From the NCBI GenBank assembly GCA_046861385.1, contig JBHHTW010000010.1:1-60854 (forward strand): a stretch of DNA of 60,854 nt, given 5' to 3'. The position numbers and the translations under genes were made by a program. The notes under the pieces were generated by a model, which saw only the letters and a list, made by a program, of their open reading frames with translations, made no database searches and was not told where the DNA came from. Shown in pieces: positions 30,446 through 40,068 of this stretch. Numbering within the stretch: the stretch's first letter is position 1; the number at the start of each line of letters is the position of its first letter. This DNA comes from Fidelibacterota bacterium (GTDB taxonomy: Bacteria; Fidelibacterota; Marinisomatia; Marinisomatales; TCS55).

Positions 30446-30705
30446 GCGAACTCTGCGGAATATCATCATCTCCCAAAGATGAAGAATTGATGGCAGAAGG
30501 GTGGGTAAAACAATTCACCTGTGGTGAGCCAAGATTATCCGAATCCTGTGAATTATTTGAATCCATGGGCAGAGAGGTACACCTGGAAAAAATGAGAAAG
30601 GAAGATCAACCCATGGGGGCTGAATGTGACCTGTGCTTCATAACTTGTGGCGATGATATGATGACCATTTGGACCCGGGTAAAACAGGAGAGCCCAGCCA
30701 AATGA
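30442..30705 (+). CDS. Small hypothetical protein with CxxC, coupled to bcr genes
   Basis: ATGA overlap with the upstream stop; EGW...EPRLSE...EVHLE...CDLC...IWTR pattern. Confidence 0.7.
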   Translation: MSELCGISSSPKDEELMAEGWVKQFTCGEPRLSESCELFESMGREVHLEKMRKEDQPMGAECDLCFITCGDDMMTIWTRVKQESPAK

Positions 30706-30748
30706 TTCATGAATTGACAGGGACTTTTTATGAACAGGAGTTGGCTCC

Positions 30749-32467
30749 ATGATACAACGCCCGATTCATTCCAGCTCAATTCCTTTACCTGATTATGCCC
30801 AAAACCTGGCCGTGCTGTTAAAAAATAATGCTGAACAGTTTTCTGATAATCCCATTTATCAGGAAGTGAATAACCAATCCTATGTGCCGTTGAAATGGAA
30901 TTTGTTTTATCAACGGTTACGATCCATTCAATCCTGGCTCCTCGATCATGGATTTCAGCCCGGCGACCGGATGGCTATTTTATCCAGAAATTGCCAAAAA
31001 ATGCTGGAGTTGGAGCTGGCTGTCATGTCCATGGGAGCCGTATCTGTGCCAATATTTTCAGGATATCCTCCCCGCCAGGCCAACCAGCTTCTTCAATTTT
31101 GCAACCCAACCATGGTGGCGGTTGATGATTTGAATCAACTTCAAAAAATCGAATCGCCGGATCAATTCAGCCATATCATCACCTTTTCATCTGTCGAAAA
31201 GAACACCCTATCCAATCTGTTTCATGTTGATACATTAACCTCGGCTCATCCCTTGACGGAAATTGTAGGATCAACTGTTCCCCCGGAGACTGTTTCTTTG
31301 ATGATGTACACTTCCGGAACCATGGGAATACCGAAATGTGTTCAATTGACCCATCAAAATATCCTGTCCCAGCAGGCGGCTATGAAAGCATTATGGGATT
31401 TAAATAGTCAGGATCGTTTTTTGTCTTATTTGCCCTGGCATCACAGTTTTGGGGGTATCTTTGAAAAGTATGCCGCCATTGTTAATGGCGCCCTATTGTC
31501 CTTGGAACACGGATACGGAAAAAATATTGATATATTGCTGGAAAACTGGGATAAGGTTCGCCCAACTGTCTTTTTCAGTGTTCCCCGTATTTACCAGGCA
31601 ATTGCCACGCGCATAATCCAGGATAAAGAAATAGAAAAAATGATTTTTCATCCTGAATTGCGGTTTATTTTCACCGCTGCCGCTCCCCTGCCAAAAAACA
31701 TTGCCGATCTTTTTGACGACCATGGAATTCCGGTGGTGGAAGGTTGGGGACTCACCGAGACTTCTCCCTGTTGTACTGTCACGGATCCCACCATTCCGCG
31801 GGAGCCGGGGGTAGTGGGAAAACCCATTCCAGGAGTATTTGTTAAAATAGATGAAAATGGTGAAATACTGGTTCAGGGTCCCAATGTGATGACCGGCTAC
31901 TACCGTAATCCGGAAGCAACCAAAAAGGTAATGAAAGAAGACGGGTGGTTTTGTACCGGCGATGTGGGTGAATATACGGAATCCGGGTTGAAACTGGTTT
32001 CCCGTAAGGACAGGATTTTTAAGTTAGTCAATGGCGAAAAAGTGGTCCCAACGGAGATTGAAAATATTATTGCCAAAGACTGTGCTTACCTGGCCCACGC
32101 CTTTGTCACCGGAAACGGACGGGATTATCCGGTGGTTCTGCTCTTTCCCAATAAGAATTTATTTTCCCAAAAACCCGATGAATCTCTCCTGCTGACGAAT
32201 TGTCAATGTCCCTCAGGAATGGAGGATTATGTTCAATGTCTGACCAAATGTCTTAATAAATGGAATCAATCCATCGATGCGAAATTTTCCAGATATAAAA
32301 AAGCCATGTTGATCGATTATGAACTCAGTATTGAAAATGAAGAGTTAACGCCGTCCATGAAACTGTCACCCAACCGGGTGGGGAACATTTTTAAAGCCAG
32401 GATTGAATCTCTTTATGAAAATGAAGATATTGATTCTGAAGAAGTTTATGTTATTAATTTGGAATAA
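30749..32467 (+). CDS. AMP-forming acyl-CoA synthetase (long-chain-ligase-like clade)
   Basis: YTSGTMGIPK, YLPWHH, EGWGLTETSP, GWFCTGDVG, RKDRIFKLVNGEKV, ELTPSMK; AGGAG RBS. Confidence 0.9.
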   Translation: MIQRPIHSSSIPLPDYAQNLAVLLKNNAEQFSDNPIYQEVNNQSYVPLKWNLFYQRLRSIQSWLLDHGFQPGDRMAILSRNCQKMLELELAVMSMGAVSVPIFSGYPPRQANQLLQFCNPTMVAVDDLNQLQKIESPDQFSHIITFSSVEKNTLSNLFHVDTLTSAHPLTEIVGSTVPPETVSLMMYTSGTMGIPKCVQLTHQNILSQQAAMKALWDLNSQDRFLSYLPWHHSFGGIFEKYAAIVNGALLSLEHGYGKNIDILLENWDKVRPTVFFSVPRIYQAIATRIIQDKEIEKMIFHPELRFIFTAAAPLPKNIADLFDDHGIPVVEGWGLTETSPCCTVTDPTIPREPGVVGKPIPGVFVKIDENGEILVQGPNVMTGYYRNPEATKKVMKEDGWFCTGDVGEYTESGLKLVSRKDRIFKLVNGEKVVPTEIENIIAKDCAYLAHAFVTGNGRDYPVVLLFPNKNLFSQKPDESLLLTNCQCPSGMEDYVQCLTKCLNKWNQSIDAKFSRYKKAMLIDYELSIENEELTPSMKLSPNRVGNIFKARIESLYENEDIDSEEVYVINLE

Positions 32468-32470
32468 GAA

Positions 32471-33670
32471 ATGGCTCAACTAAAATCACAATTATTACTT
32501 AAAGGAGTATTAAAAGATTATTTTACCGGCATGAAATCTCCCGTTGCCTGGTGTACCAGCGCCGGACCTGCAGAAATTTTGCGGGCTCTGGGATTTGACG
32601 TTTATTTTCCTGAGAATCATGGTGCATTATTGGGCGCTTCCCGAGCGGCTGAAAAATACATCCCCCGGGCCCATCAGGAAGGATACGACGGCGAAATATG
32701 TTCTTATTTAACAGCGGACATCGGGGCGTGGCTGATGAAAGAAACGCCCCTGACAAAAATTTATGGACTAAAATCTGTTCCAACGCCTGATTTGATTGTA
32801 TTTAACACCAACCAATGCCGGGAGGTGGCAGAATGGTTTAATTTCTTTGGACGACAGTACCAATGCCCGGTTGTCGGCATTTTTCCACCCAGATATCTGG
32901 AAGAAGTCACCCCGGCAGATGTGGATAATGTGGTGGAGCAATTAAAAAAGCTCATCACCGTCGGAGAGGAAATTATCGGATCCACCCTGGACCCGGCTAA
33001 ACTATCGAAAACAGTTGAATTGAGTTTTGAAGGATCCCGCCTTTGGAAAAAAGTACTGGAAACAGCGATTCATTCACCATCGCCTCTGACCTTTTTCGAC
33101 GGGTGTATATTAATGGCACCCATTGTCGTTCTCAGGGGCACAGAAATTTGTGTTGATTTCTATAAAGAAACACTGGCAGAATTAAATGATTTAGTTAAAA
33201 AGAACAACGGGGCCGTCCCAAATGAGCAGGTACGAATTTATTGGGAAGGGATGCCCGTTTGGGGGCGATTAAGATCCCTGTCTAAACTGTTTGCTGAAAA
33301 CCAGACATCTGTGGTGGCTTCCACCTATTGCAATAGTTGGGTATTTGATGACTTCGATCCTCAAAAGCCCCTGGAATCCATGGCTTATGCCTATACACAG
33401 ATTTTTATCAATCGGGGAGAAAATACCAAGCTGGAAATGATGAAGAACCTCATGGAAACGTTTCAGGTAGATGGCGTTGTCTTTCATGATTCCAAAACAT
33501 GTTTTAATAACGCAAACAGTCGTTTTGGATTACCCGGGCGAGTGAAAGAGTCTACCGGGAAAGATACTATTTCATTTGATGGCGATTTAGTAGATCTGAG
33601 ATTTTATTCTGACGGTCAAACCAAGACTAAACTTGAAACCTTTATTGAACAGTTAAAGTTTAAAAAATAA
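32471..33670 (+). CDS. 2-hydroxyacyl-CoA dehydratase family subunit (HgdA/FldB/BcrB paralog)
   Basis: FPENHGA, ICSY, NQC, HDSKTC, DGDLVD, TKLETFIEQL. Confidence 0.85.
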   Translation: MAQLKSQLLLKGVLKDYFTGMKSPVAWCTSAGPAEILRALGFDVYFPENHGALLGASRAAEKYIPRAHQEGYDGEICSYLTADIGAWLMKETPLTKIYGLKSVPTPDLIVFNTNQCREVAEWFNFFGRQYQCPVVGIFPPRYLEEVTPADVDNVVEQLKKLITVGEEIIGSTLDPAKLSKTVELSFEGSRLWKKVLETAIHSPSPLTFFDGCILMAPIVVLRGTEICVDFYKETLAELNDLVKKNNGAVPNEQVRIYWEGMPVWGRLRSLSKLFAENQTSVVASTYCNSWVFDDFDPQKPLESMAYAYTQIFINRGENTKLEMMKNLMETFQVDGVVFHDSKTCFNNANSRFGLPGRVKESTGKDTISFDGDLVDLRFYSDGQTKTKLETFIEQLKFKK

Positions 33671-34645
33671 ATGATCGATCATCCGAATAAGTCAAATAAA
33701 TCTGACCTGCCGTTAACCTTGGGTATCATTGGGGCAGGACCAGTGGGTCTCACCTTAGCCGCCCACCTGATTGAGGCAGGGAGTCAGGTGATCCTTTGCG
33801 ATATTGATACAGAAAAAATGGACGTGATAAAAAAGTCCGGAATTCACTTAACTCACACCATTCAAAAACAAGTGAACGCGGATCATGTTTGTTATTCCAT
33901 TGATGAACTGGAAGTTTTTCATCTGGACTTGGCAATCATATCGGTGAAAACGACCGCATTACCGATGGTGATTAAGCAGTTATCTAAAATAGATAATGGA
34001 CACATGTATGTCATGTGTGCTCAAAACGGCATCGATAACGAATTGATCGCTGCTGAAAAATTTGGTAAAGATAAAACATTAAGAATGGTCATTAATTACG
34101 CCGGTGGTATGAAAACACCGAATACAGTGGATATTACATTCTTCAATCCACCCAATTATGTGGCTCCCCTGAAAGAAGAAGGAAAACCTATTGCTGAAAA
34201 AGTGTGTATTTTTTTGAATTCAGTTAACTTGAATACTGATATTTGTGGATCAAATGAAATTCAGAATCACGTCTGGGAAAAAGCAATATTGAATGCAGCA
34301 TTGAGTGGTCTTTGCGCTATATCGCGCCGTACCATGAAAGAAGTGATGAGTTTTCCTGAAACAGTCGATATTATTACGGGGCTTATTGACGAATCTATTC
34401 AAGTTGCAAAAAAAGAAAATATCGAAATAAGAGACGGATTTCGTAATGATGGTATTGGCTACTTAAAAAACGCCGGTCATCATAAGCCATCCATGTTGAT
34501 TGACGTTGAGAATGGAGTAAAAACCGAAATTGATCAATTGAACGGTAAAATCGTGGAATATGGTAAAAAACATGGTTTAAGAACACCATTGAATCAAGCC
34601 GTTACAGCGTTAATTCATTTGCAGGAACGAGCAGAAAATGGGTAA
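33671..34645 (+). CDS. Ketopantoate-reductase (PanE/ApbA) family 2-oxoacid reductase
   Basis: GAGPVG, SVK, QNG, WEKAILNA, HKPSMLID, TEIDQLNG. Confidence 0.85.
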   Translation: MIDHPNKSNKSDLPLTLGIIGAGPVGLTLAAHLIEAGSQVILCDIDTEKMDVIKKSGIHLTHTIQKQVNADHVCYSIDELEVFHLDLAIISVKTTALPMVIKQLSKIDNGHMYVMCAQNGIDNELIAAEKFGKDKTLRMVINYAGGMKTPNTVDITFFNPPNYVAPLKEEGKPIAEKVCIFLNSVNLNTDICGSNEIQNHVWEKAILNAALSGLCAISRRTMKEVMSFPETVDIITGLIDESIQVAKKENIEIRDGFRNDGIGYLKNAGHHKPSMLIDVENGVKTEIDQLNGKIVEYGKKHGLRTPLNQAVTALIHLQERAENG

Positions 34646-35399
34646 TCATTATCTCGGGATTGACCTTGGCTCCTCTTACACAAAATTTGCAGTAATAGAT
34701 AATTCCACCAACCTTGTGTTTAATAATGTGATTCCAACATTGAGCCGGAATAAAGACATGTTCAAAAACCAATTGGATGATATTTATAATCAGTTTTCTA
34801 TCAGACGGATATGTACCACCGGATACGGACGTGATACATTTGAAGGTGACCTCAAAAAAACAGAACTCATTTGTGCTTCCGCCGGAGTTTCAGCATTGTT
34901 CCATGAACATAAATGCATCATTGACATTGGCGGTGAAGATATCAAGATCATTGAAAGCGGTCCTGGTGGAGAAGTAATCAACTTTTATATGAATGATAAG
35001 TGTTCTGCCGGGACAGGAACTTTCATTACAGAAATCGCAGAAAAAGCTGAATTAGAAATTGGTGAAATGAGCGATCTCGCCAAAATATCCTCAGGTTCTA
35101 AAATAATAAACAGTTTCTGTACTGTTTTTGCCAAATCAGAAATCCTGGGATGGAAGTTCAACGATATTCCCATTGAGGAAATAGCAAAAGGAATTTACCT
35201 GTCAATTGTATCACGATTACGAAAATTACCTGTTAAAACCAATATTCCCATCATTTTAAGTGGTGGCGTGATTGCATATCATCCTTATCTGAAGGACTTA
35301 TTATCTGAAGAATTTTTAACTGATGTGATTATTCCATCTAATCCCCAGTACATGGTTGCATTGGGGGCTTCAATTTTGGCAATGAAATATGAAGCATAA
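34638..35399 (+). CDS. CoA-substrate-specific activase (HgdC/FldI family)
   Basis: GIDLGSS, TGYGR, DIGGED, MNDKCSAGTG, CTVFAKSE, ALGA. Confidence 0.88.
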   Translation: MGNHYLGIDLGSSYTKFAVIDNSTNLVFNNVIPTLSRNKDMFKNQLDDIYNQFSIRRICTTGYGRDTFEGDLKKTELICASAGVSALFHEHKCIIDIGGEDIKIIESGPGGEVINFYMNDKCSAGTGTFITEIAEKAELEIGEMSDLAKISSGSKIINSFCTVFAKSEILGWKFNDIPIEEIAKGIYLSIVSRLRKLPVKTNIPIILSGGVIAYHPYLKDLLSEEFLTDVIIPSNPQYMVALGASILAMKYEA

Positions 35400-35426
35400 G
35401 AAATATTTTTTCAGGAGTTTTCAGGA

Positions 35427-36485
35427 ATGAATAAAATCCAAGCTTGGCAAATGATCGAAAAAGATCACCCTTTTGAAAAAGTGGAATTGCCAATATCCGA
35501 ACTGAAAAATGACTGTGCAATAGTTGAAGTTTCCGGGTGCGGTGTGTGCCACACAGATTTGAGTTTCTGGCATTATGGCGTTCCAACACGTCACGAACTT
35601 CCTCTTGTTTTAGGTCATGAAATCAGTGGGATGGTCATTGATGGCCCAGCTCATTTAGTGGAAAAACCAGTGATTATCCCGGCAGTAATGCCCTGCGGAG
35701 AATGTGACTTATGCCTAGCCGGAAGAAGTAATATTTGTCAAAAACAACAGATGCCCGGGAATGATTTCCATGGCGGTTTTGCTAGCCATGTGGTAACCCC
35801 TGCCAGGTATTTGGCGGAAGTTTTAGATGAAGCTTTGCTTAATCATACTTTAGCAGAGCTTGCTGTTATTGCCGATGCCGTATCCACTCCTTATCAAGTC
35901 ATGGTGAAAAGCAAAATTCAAGAAGGTGACTTTGCAGTAATCATTGGTGTAGGCGGTGTGGGCATTTATGCGGCTCAACTGGCAAATATTTTTGGTGGGA
36001 ATGTTTTGGCGTTGGATATTTCTCAGGAAAAACTGGATCAGCTTCAACTGGTGGGGATTAATCAAACAATAAATATTTCCGGTTTGGACGTGCGCGAAAT
36101 TAAATCGGCTGTTAAAGAAAAATGCCGGGAAATGGGTGCCCCTTCTACCCGATGGAAGATTTATGAAATGTCCGGTACAAAACAGGGACAGGAATTGGCC
36201 TTTGCCCTGCTGGGAATCGCCAGTACTTTATCAATCGTTGGATTTACTATGGATAAATTGGATGTTCGATTAAGTAACCTCATGGCATTTGATGCAAATA
36301 TTATTGGTACGTGGGGGTGTAAACCTGAACTTTATGCAGATGTCCTAAAACTGGTTTCTGAAGACAAATTAAAAATAAAACCATTTTCAGAAACATTTCC
36401 CATGTCACAAATCAATGAAATATTTCAACAAACATTAGAACATAAATTGAGTAAACGATCTGTGATGATACCGGATTTTGAATAA
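35427..36485 (+). CDS. had: 6-hydroxycyclohex-1-ene-1-carbonyl-CoA dehydrogenase
   Basis: Zn-ADH GCGVCHTDL, GHEISG, PAVMPCGECDLC, QQMPGNDFHGGFASH, RLSNLMAFDA, WGC; adjacent to oah. Confidence 0.9.
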   Translation: MNKIQAWQMIEKDHPFEKVELPISELKNDCAIVEVSGCGVCHTDLSFWHYGVPTRHELPLVLGHEISGMVIDGPAHLVEKPVIIPAVMPCGECDLCLAGRSNICQKQQMPGNDFHGGFASHVVTPARYLAEVLDEALLNHTLAELAVIADAVSTPYQVMVKSKIQEGDFAVIIGVGGVGIYAAQLANIFGGNVLALDISQEKLDQLQLVGINQTINISGLDVREIKSAVKEKCREMGAPSTRWKIYEMSGTKQGQELAFALLGIASTLSIVGFTMDKLDVRLSNLMAFDANIIGTWGCKPELYADVLKLVSEDKLKIKPFSETFPMSQINEIFQQTLEHKLSKRSVMIPDFE

Positions 36486-36492
36486 ATTTTGA

Positions 36493-36543
36493 CACAGAGA
36501 CACACCTGTCCGCCGAAGGCACGCAGGCGGGGAGAACACAGAG
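36493..36543. repeat. 51-bp dispersed repeat, copy 2
   Basis: cacagagacacacctgtccgccgaaggcacgcaggcggggagaacacagag; inverted copy of 106-156. Confidence 0.9.
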
Positions 36544-36638
36544 GAAGAAATATGGAAAACTGTTTTTTTAGGGATTCTACCCGCTGGTAGGAGATTAGAG
36601 TTGTTGTGTCTTGACGACAAGAAATAAGGAGAAAAAAT

Positions 36639-37724
36639 ATGAGTAAAAATTTAGTAAACCACAATTTAGTAGATATTGATTATAAAGAAATTATCTATGA
36701 GTTACGTCCATGTTTTGATAATGAAGGGAATGCGGTTGATGGATTAAACAATGCATGGATTTTTCTAAATAATCCAATCCAGTACAATTCTTACACAACC
36801 GCTGCTGTGAAAGAAATTATACTTGCTTTTCGTGAAGCTTCAAATGATCGTAGTGTCGTCGCTGTTATTTTTTCAGCTGTTGGCAATAAAGCATTCTGTA
36901 CCGGGGGAAATACAAAAGAATATGCAGAGTATTATTCAGGCAAACCCCTGGAATACAAGCAATACATGCGATTATTTAATGACATGATCACCACCATTTT
37001 GCATTGCGACAAACCGGTCATTTGCCGAGTGAACGGCATGCGGATCGCCGGCGGACAGGAAATCGGAATGGCCTGTGACTTTTCCATCGCCAGCGATTTG
37101 GCCGTCTTTGGACAGGCAGGACCTAAACATGGCAGCGCCCCTGATGGAGGCAGCACGGATTTTCTCCATCTCTACGTGGGAATCGAACGAGCCATGCTGA
37201 GCGGCGTCCTGTGTGAAATGTGGACGGCCTACGAAGCGAAGAATTTTGGGTTGATCACCGATGCGATTCCTGTGTTGAAAATCAACGGTGAATTCGTGCA
37301 AAACCCTCTGTTAATCACCGATAGATGGGTCAATGATTCCGGTGAAGTTGTTTTCGGTAAAAAGAAATCCGGAGATGAATACAAAGCAGGTAAAAAGTTA
37401 CTGATGAATGGAGAAATTGATCTATCGCCGTTGGATGATGCTGTGAATGAAATGGCCACAAAAATGATGTACCTTATGCCGGAATGCACCAGCAAAACTT
37501 TGAACAGTCTTCGTAAAAAGAAACTGGAACATTGGGATCAAAATAGTCAAACCAATCGAGATTGGTTGGCACAAAACATGGTAACAGAAGCGCGGGCTGG
37601 ATTCAGGGCGTTTAACGAAGGCCCAAAAGGAAACCGTGAAGTGGACTTTATCAAACTTCGTCAAATGCTGGCTGAAGGGCATCCCTGGGATGATGAATTG
37701 GTAGAAGCGATATTACCTAAATAA
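36639..37724 (+). CDS. oah: 6-oxocyclohex-1-ene-1-carbonyl-CoA hydrolase (Oah/BamA)
   Basis: QYNSYTT, AFCTGGNTKEYAEYY, RVNGMRIAGGQEIGMACDF, QAGPKHGSAPDGGSTDFL, GFRAFNEG. Confidence 0.95.
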   Translation: MSKNLVNHNLVDIDYKEIIYELRPCFDNEGNAVDGLNNAWIFLNNPIQYNSYTTAAVKEIILAFREASNDRSVVAVIFSAVGNKAFCTGGNTKEYAEYYSGKPLEYKQYMRLFNDMITTILHCDKPVICRVNGMRIAGGQEIGMACDFSIASDLAVFGQAGPKHGSAPDGGSTDFLHLYVGIERAMLSGVLCEMWTAYEAKNFGLITDAIPVLKINGEFVQNPLLITDRWVNDSGEVVFGKKKSGDEYKAGKKLLMNGEIDLSPLDDAVNEMATKMMYLMPECTSKTLNSLRKKKLEHWDQNSQTNRDWLAQNMVTEARAGFRAFNEGPKGNREVDFIKLRQMLAEGHPWDDELVEAILPK

Positions 37725-37770
37725 GGTGTTGCCACAGAGACGCAGAGAAAAAATGAATATAATGAACTAC

Positions 37771-37802
37771 ACTTTGCGAAAGTTTTCAACTTCCGCAAAG
37801 TT
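37771..37802. repeat. REP palindrome upstream of RAYT
   Basis: actttgcgaaagtt-ttc-aacttccgcaaagt hairpin; 37772-37802 is the exact reverse complement of 38441-38471. Confidence 0.9.
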
Positions 37803-37820
37803 CTTTTTTAGAGATAAACC

Positions 37821-38384
37821 ATGACATTTATTCAAGGACATTATTATCATATCTACAACCGGGGATGCAATAAAGAAAAGATTTTTTTCTGTGAAAACAA
37901 TTACTATTATTTACTAAAGAAAATGAAAACTTCTTTTCAAGATTATGGTGCGAATGTGATTGCATATTGCCTGATGCCGAATCACTACCATTTTCTTGCG
38001 CAGCAAATAACGGGAATGAAATTTTCAAAGTGGCTGCGCAAAATATTTAATGGTTATTCTCAAGCCATCAATAAACAGAAAAATCGAACCGGTACATTAT
38101 TTGAAGGCCGCCCTAAACATATTTTGATCGATAAGGAAGAATATTTGGATCATTTGATGTGGTATATTCACACCAATCCTGTTTCTGCTAATATAGTTGC
38201 CAAACCGGAACAATGGAAATTTTCAAATTATCTGGAGTGTATTGGAAAACGGGATGGATTAATGTTTGATAAGGACTTTATACATCAAAGATATGGTTCA
38301 TTCCATGAATACGAAAAATTTATCAATGAATATGAAGGAAACCAATTATTAGAAATGGGAATGGGAGAATATCTTTTTGATTAA
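37821..38384 (+). mobile_element. REP-associated tyrosine transposase (RAYT, Y1 HUH family)
   Basis: YYHIYNRG, AYCLMPNHYHFL (HUH), RTGTLFEGR, YIHTNPV, WKFSNY; flanked by inverted REP palindromes. Confidence 0.9.
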
Positions 38385-38440
38385 GGAAATCCATTTGGAC
38401 GATAGAGATAAAATTCAAATTTGCAGAGTTTTCAAAACAA

Positions 38441-38471
38441 AACTTTGCGGAAGTTGAAAACTTTCGCAAAG
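38441..38471. repeat. REP palindrome downstream of RAYT
   Basis: aactttgcggaagttgaaaactttcgcaaag, perfect 31-bp inverted copy of the upstream REP. Confidence 0.9.
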
Positions 38472-38531
38472 CTAGAAAACTAATGAGAAAAATATTACAA
38501 ATAAATATTTCCTGGCGAATAAAGGAATTGT

Positions 38532-39299
38532 ATGAATAAAATAATTAAAGAAGAACTATTTGACGGCCAGGTTATTCGCTTTACGCTCAATGCCCCCAAG
38601 GCAAATGTTCTGGATGCAGAAATGATGGAACAACTACAATCTGGACTTGGAGAAATTAGTACCAATGTAAAACTTATTCAATTGACAGGTACGGGAGAAC
38701 ATTTCAGTTTTGGCGCATCCGTCACTGAACATACCAAAGAAAATGCACCTAAAATGCTTCGACAGTTTCACAGTCTTTTTAAAACAATGATTAATTTATC
38801 TATACCGACGATGGCAATGGTATCCGGCCAATGTCTTGGCGGGGGATTGGAGTTAGCCATTTTCTGCAATTTCCTGTTTCTAGATGAAACGGCGCGTATG
38901 GGACAACCGGAAATTATGTTGGGTGTTTTCGCTCCGCCCGCATCCCTGATTCTACCAATGAAAGTAGGACAGGCAAAAGCCGATGATCTGCTTCTCACCG
39001 GCAGAAGTATGAAACCAAAAGAAGTGATGTCATCAGGTTTGGGGACACAGTTGTTTGAAGACAACCAGTCCATGATTAAAGGGGCAGATTCGTGGGTGGA
39101 AAAACACATCTTACCCAAAAGTGCATCATCATTACGGTTTTCAAATAGTGCAGCACGGACTATTTTTCATGAAACCCTAAAAGAAAAATTGGACAAACTT
39201 GCAGAATTTTATACAAACGAATTGATGGAAACCCGCGATGCTAATGAAGGAATTAACTCTTTTCTTGAGAAGCGAAAGCCCCGGTGGAAAAATAAATAA
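38532..39299 (+). CDS. dch: Cyclohexa-1,5-diene-1-carbonyl-CoA hydratase
   Basis: PKANVLD, HFSFGASVTEH, GQCLGGGLE, GQPEIMLGVFAP; benzoyl-CoA pathway context. Confidence 0.88.
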   Translation: MNKIIKEELFDGQVIRFTLNAPKANVLDAEMMEQLQSGLGEISTNVKLIQLTGTGEHFSFGASVTEHTKENAPKMLRQFHSLFKTMINLSIPTMAMVSGQCLGGGLELAIFCNFLFLDETARMGQPEIMLGVFAPPASLILPMKVGQAKADDLLLTGRSMKPKEVMSSGLGTQLFEDNQSMIKGADSWVEKHILPKSASSLRFSNSAARTIFHETLKEKLDKLAEFYTNELMETRDANEGINSFLEKRKPRWKNK

Positions 39300-39318
39300 C
39301 CAAATACAGGATCATTCA

Positions 39319-40068
39319 ATGAAAAAACGACTTGATGGAAAAATTGCCCTGGTAACAGGAGGAAGTTCCGGTATCGGAACAGCCATTGTTCACAGTCTGG
39401 CAAAGGAAGGAGCCCATGTAGCTTTCACTTACCACAGCAATAAAGAAGGGGCGAAAACGGTTCTTTCCGATATAAAATCAATGGGAGTGGAAGGGGTCTA
39501 TTTTCAAGCAGATATGGCTGATTTTTCCAACGCTCAGGAAGTAACGGATCAAGTAACTGATCAATATGGAACTCTGGACATTTTAGTGAATAACGCCGGG
39601 GCCAATCAAGACAAAGTCATTTGGAAAATGACTGAAACGATGTGGGACGAAGTGATCGACACTGACTTGAAAGGTGTTTTTAATTACATTCGTGCTGCTT
39701 CACCTAATTTTAGAGAACAGAAATCAGGGCGAATAATAACAGTTTCTTCGATTAATGCTCTCCGTGGGAAATTTGGTCAATCAAATTATGCAGCTGCCAA
39801 GGCCGGGGTTATTGGCTTATCTAAAAGTGTTGCCAAGGAATTGGGGAGATCAAATGTGACAGTCAATGTTGTTTGCCCGGGTCTTATTGCCACAAAGATG
39901 ATTCAAAATATGCCCGATGATTTTAAACAAAAAGCCATGGAAGAAATTGTTCTGGGTCGAATTGGCACTCCAGAGGACATTGCAGAATTGGTGACATTTT
40001 TAGCCGGTGACAGCGCCAGACACATTACAGGCGAAGTAATCAAAGTAGATGGGGGTCAATACATATAA
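39319..40068 (+). CDS. SDR oxidoreductase (FabG-like; candidate 3-hydroxypimeloyl-CoA dehydrogenase)
   Basis: TGGSSGIG, NNAG, YAAAK, VDGG; ATG at 39319. Confidence 0.85.
   Translation: MKKRLDGKIALVTGGSSGIGTAIVHSLAKEGAHVAFTYHSNKEGAKTVLSDIKSMGVEGVYFQADMADFSNAQEVTDQVTDQYGTLDILVNNAGANQDKVIWKMTETMWDEVIDTDLKGVFNYIRAASPNFREQKSGRIITVSSINALRGKFGQSNYAAAKAGVIGLSKSVAKELGRSNVTVNVVCPGLIATKMIQNMPDDFKQKAMEEIVLGRIGTPEDIAELVTFLAGDSARHITGEVIKVDGGQYI

Noticed and set aside
33671-34645. Pantothenate-pathway panE
   Set aside because: No pan genes nearby and it is coupled to dehydratase and activase genes; not excluded, so no symbol given.
37821-38384. IS200/IS605 element with TnpB
   Set aside because: No tnpB; motifs and paired flanking palindromes fit a RAYT.
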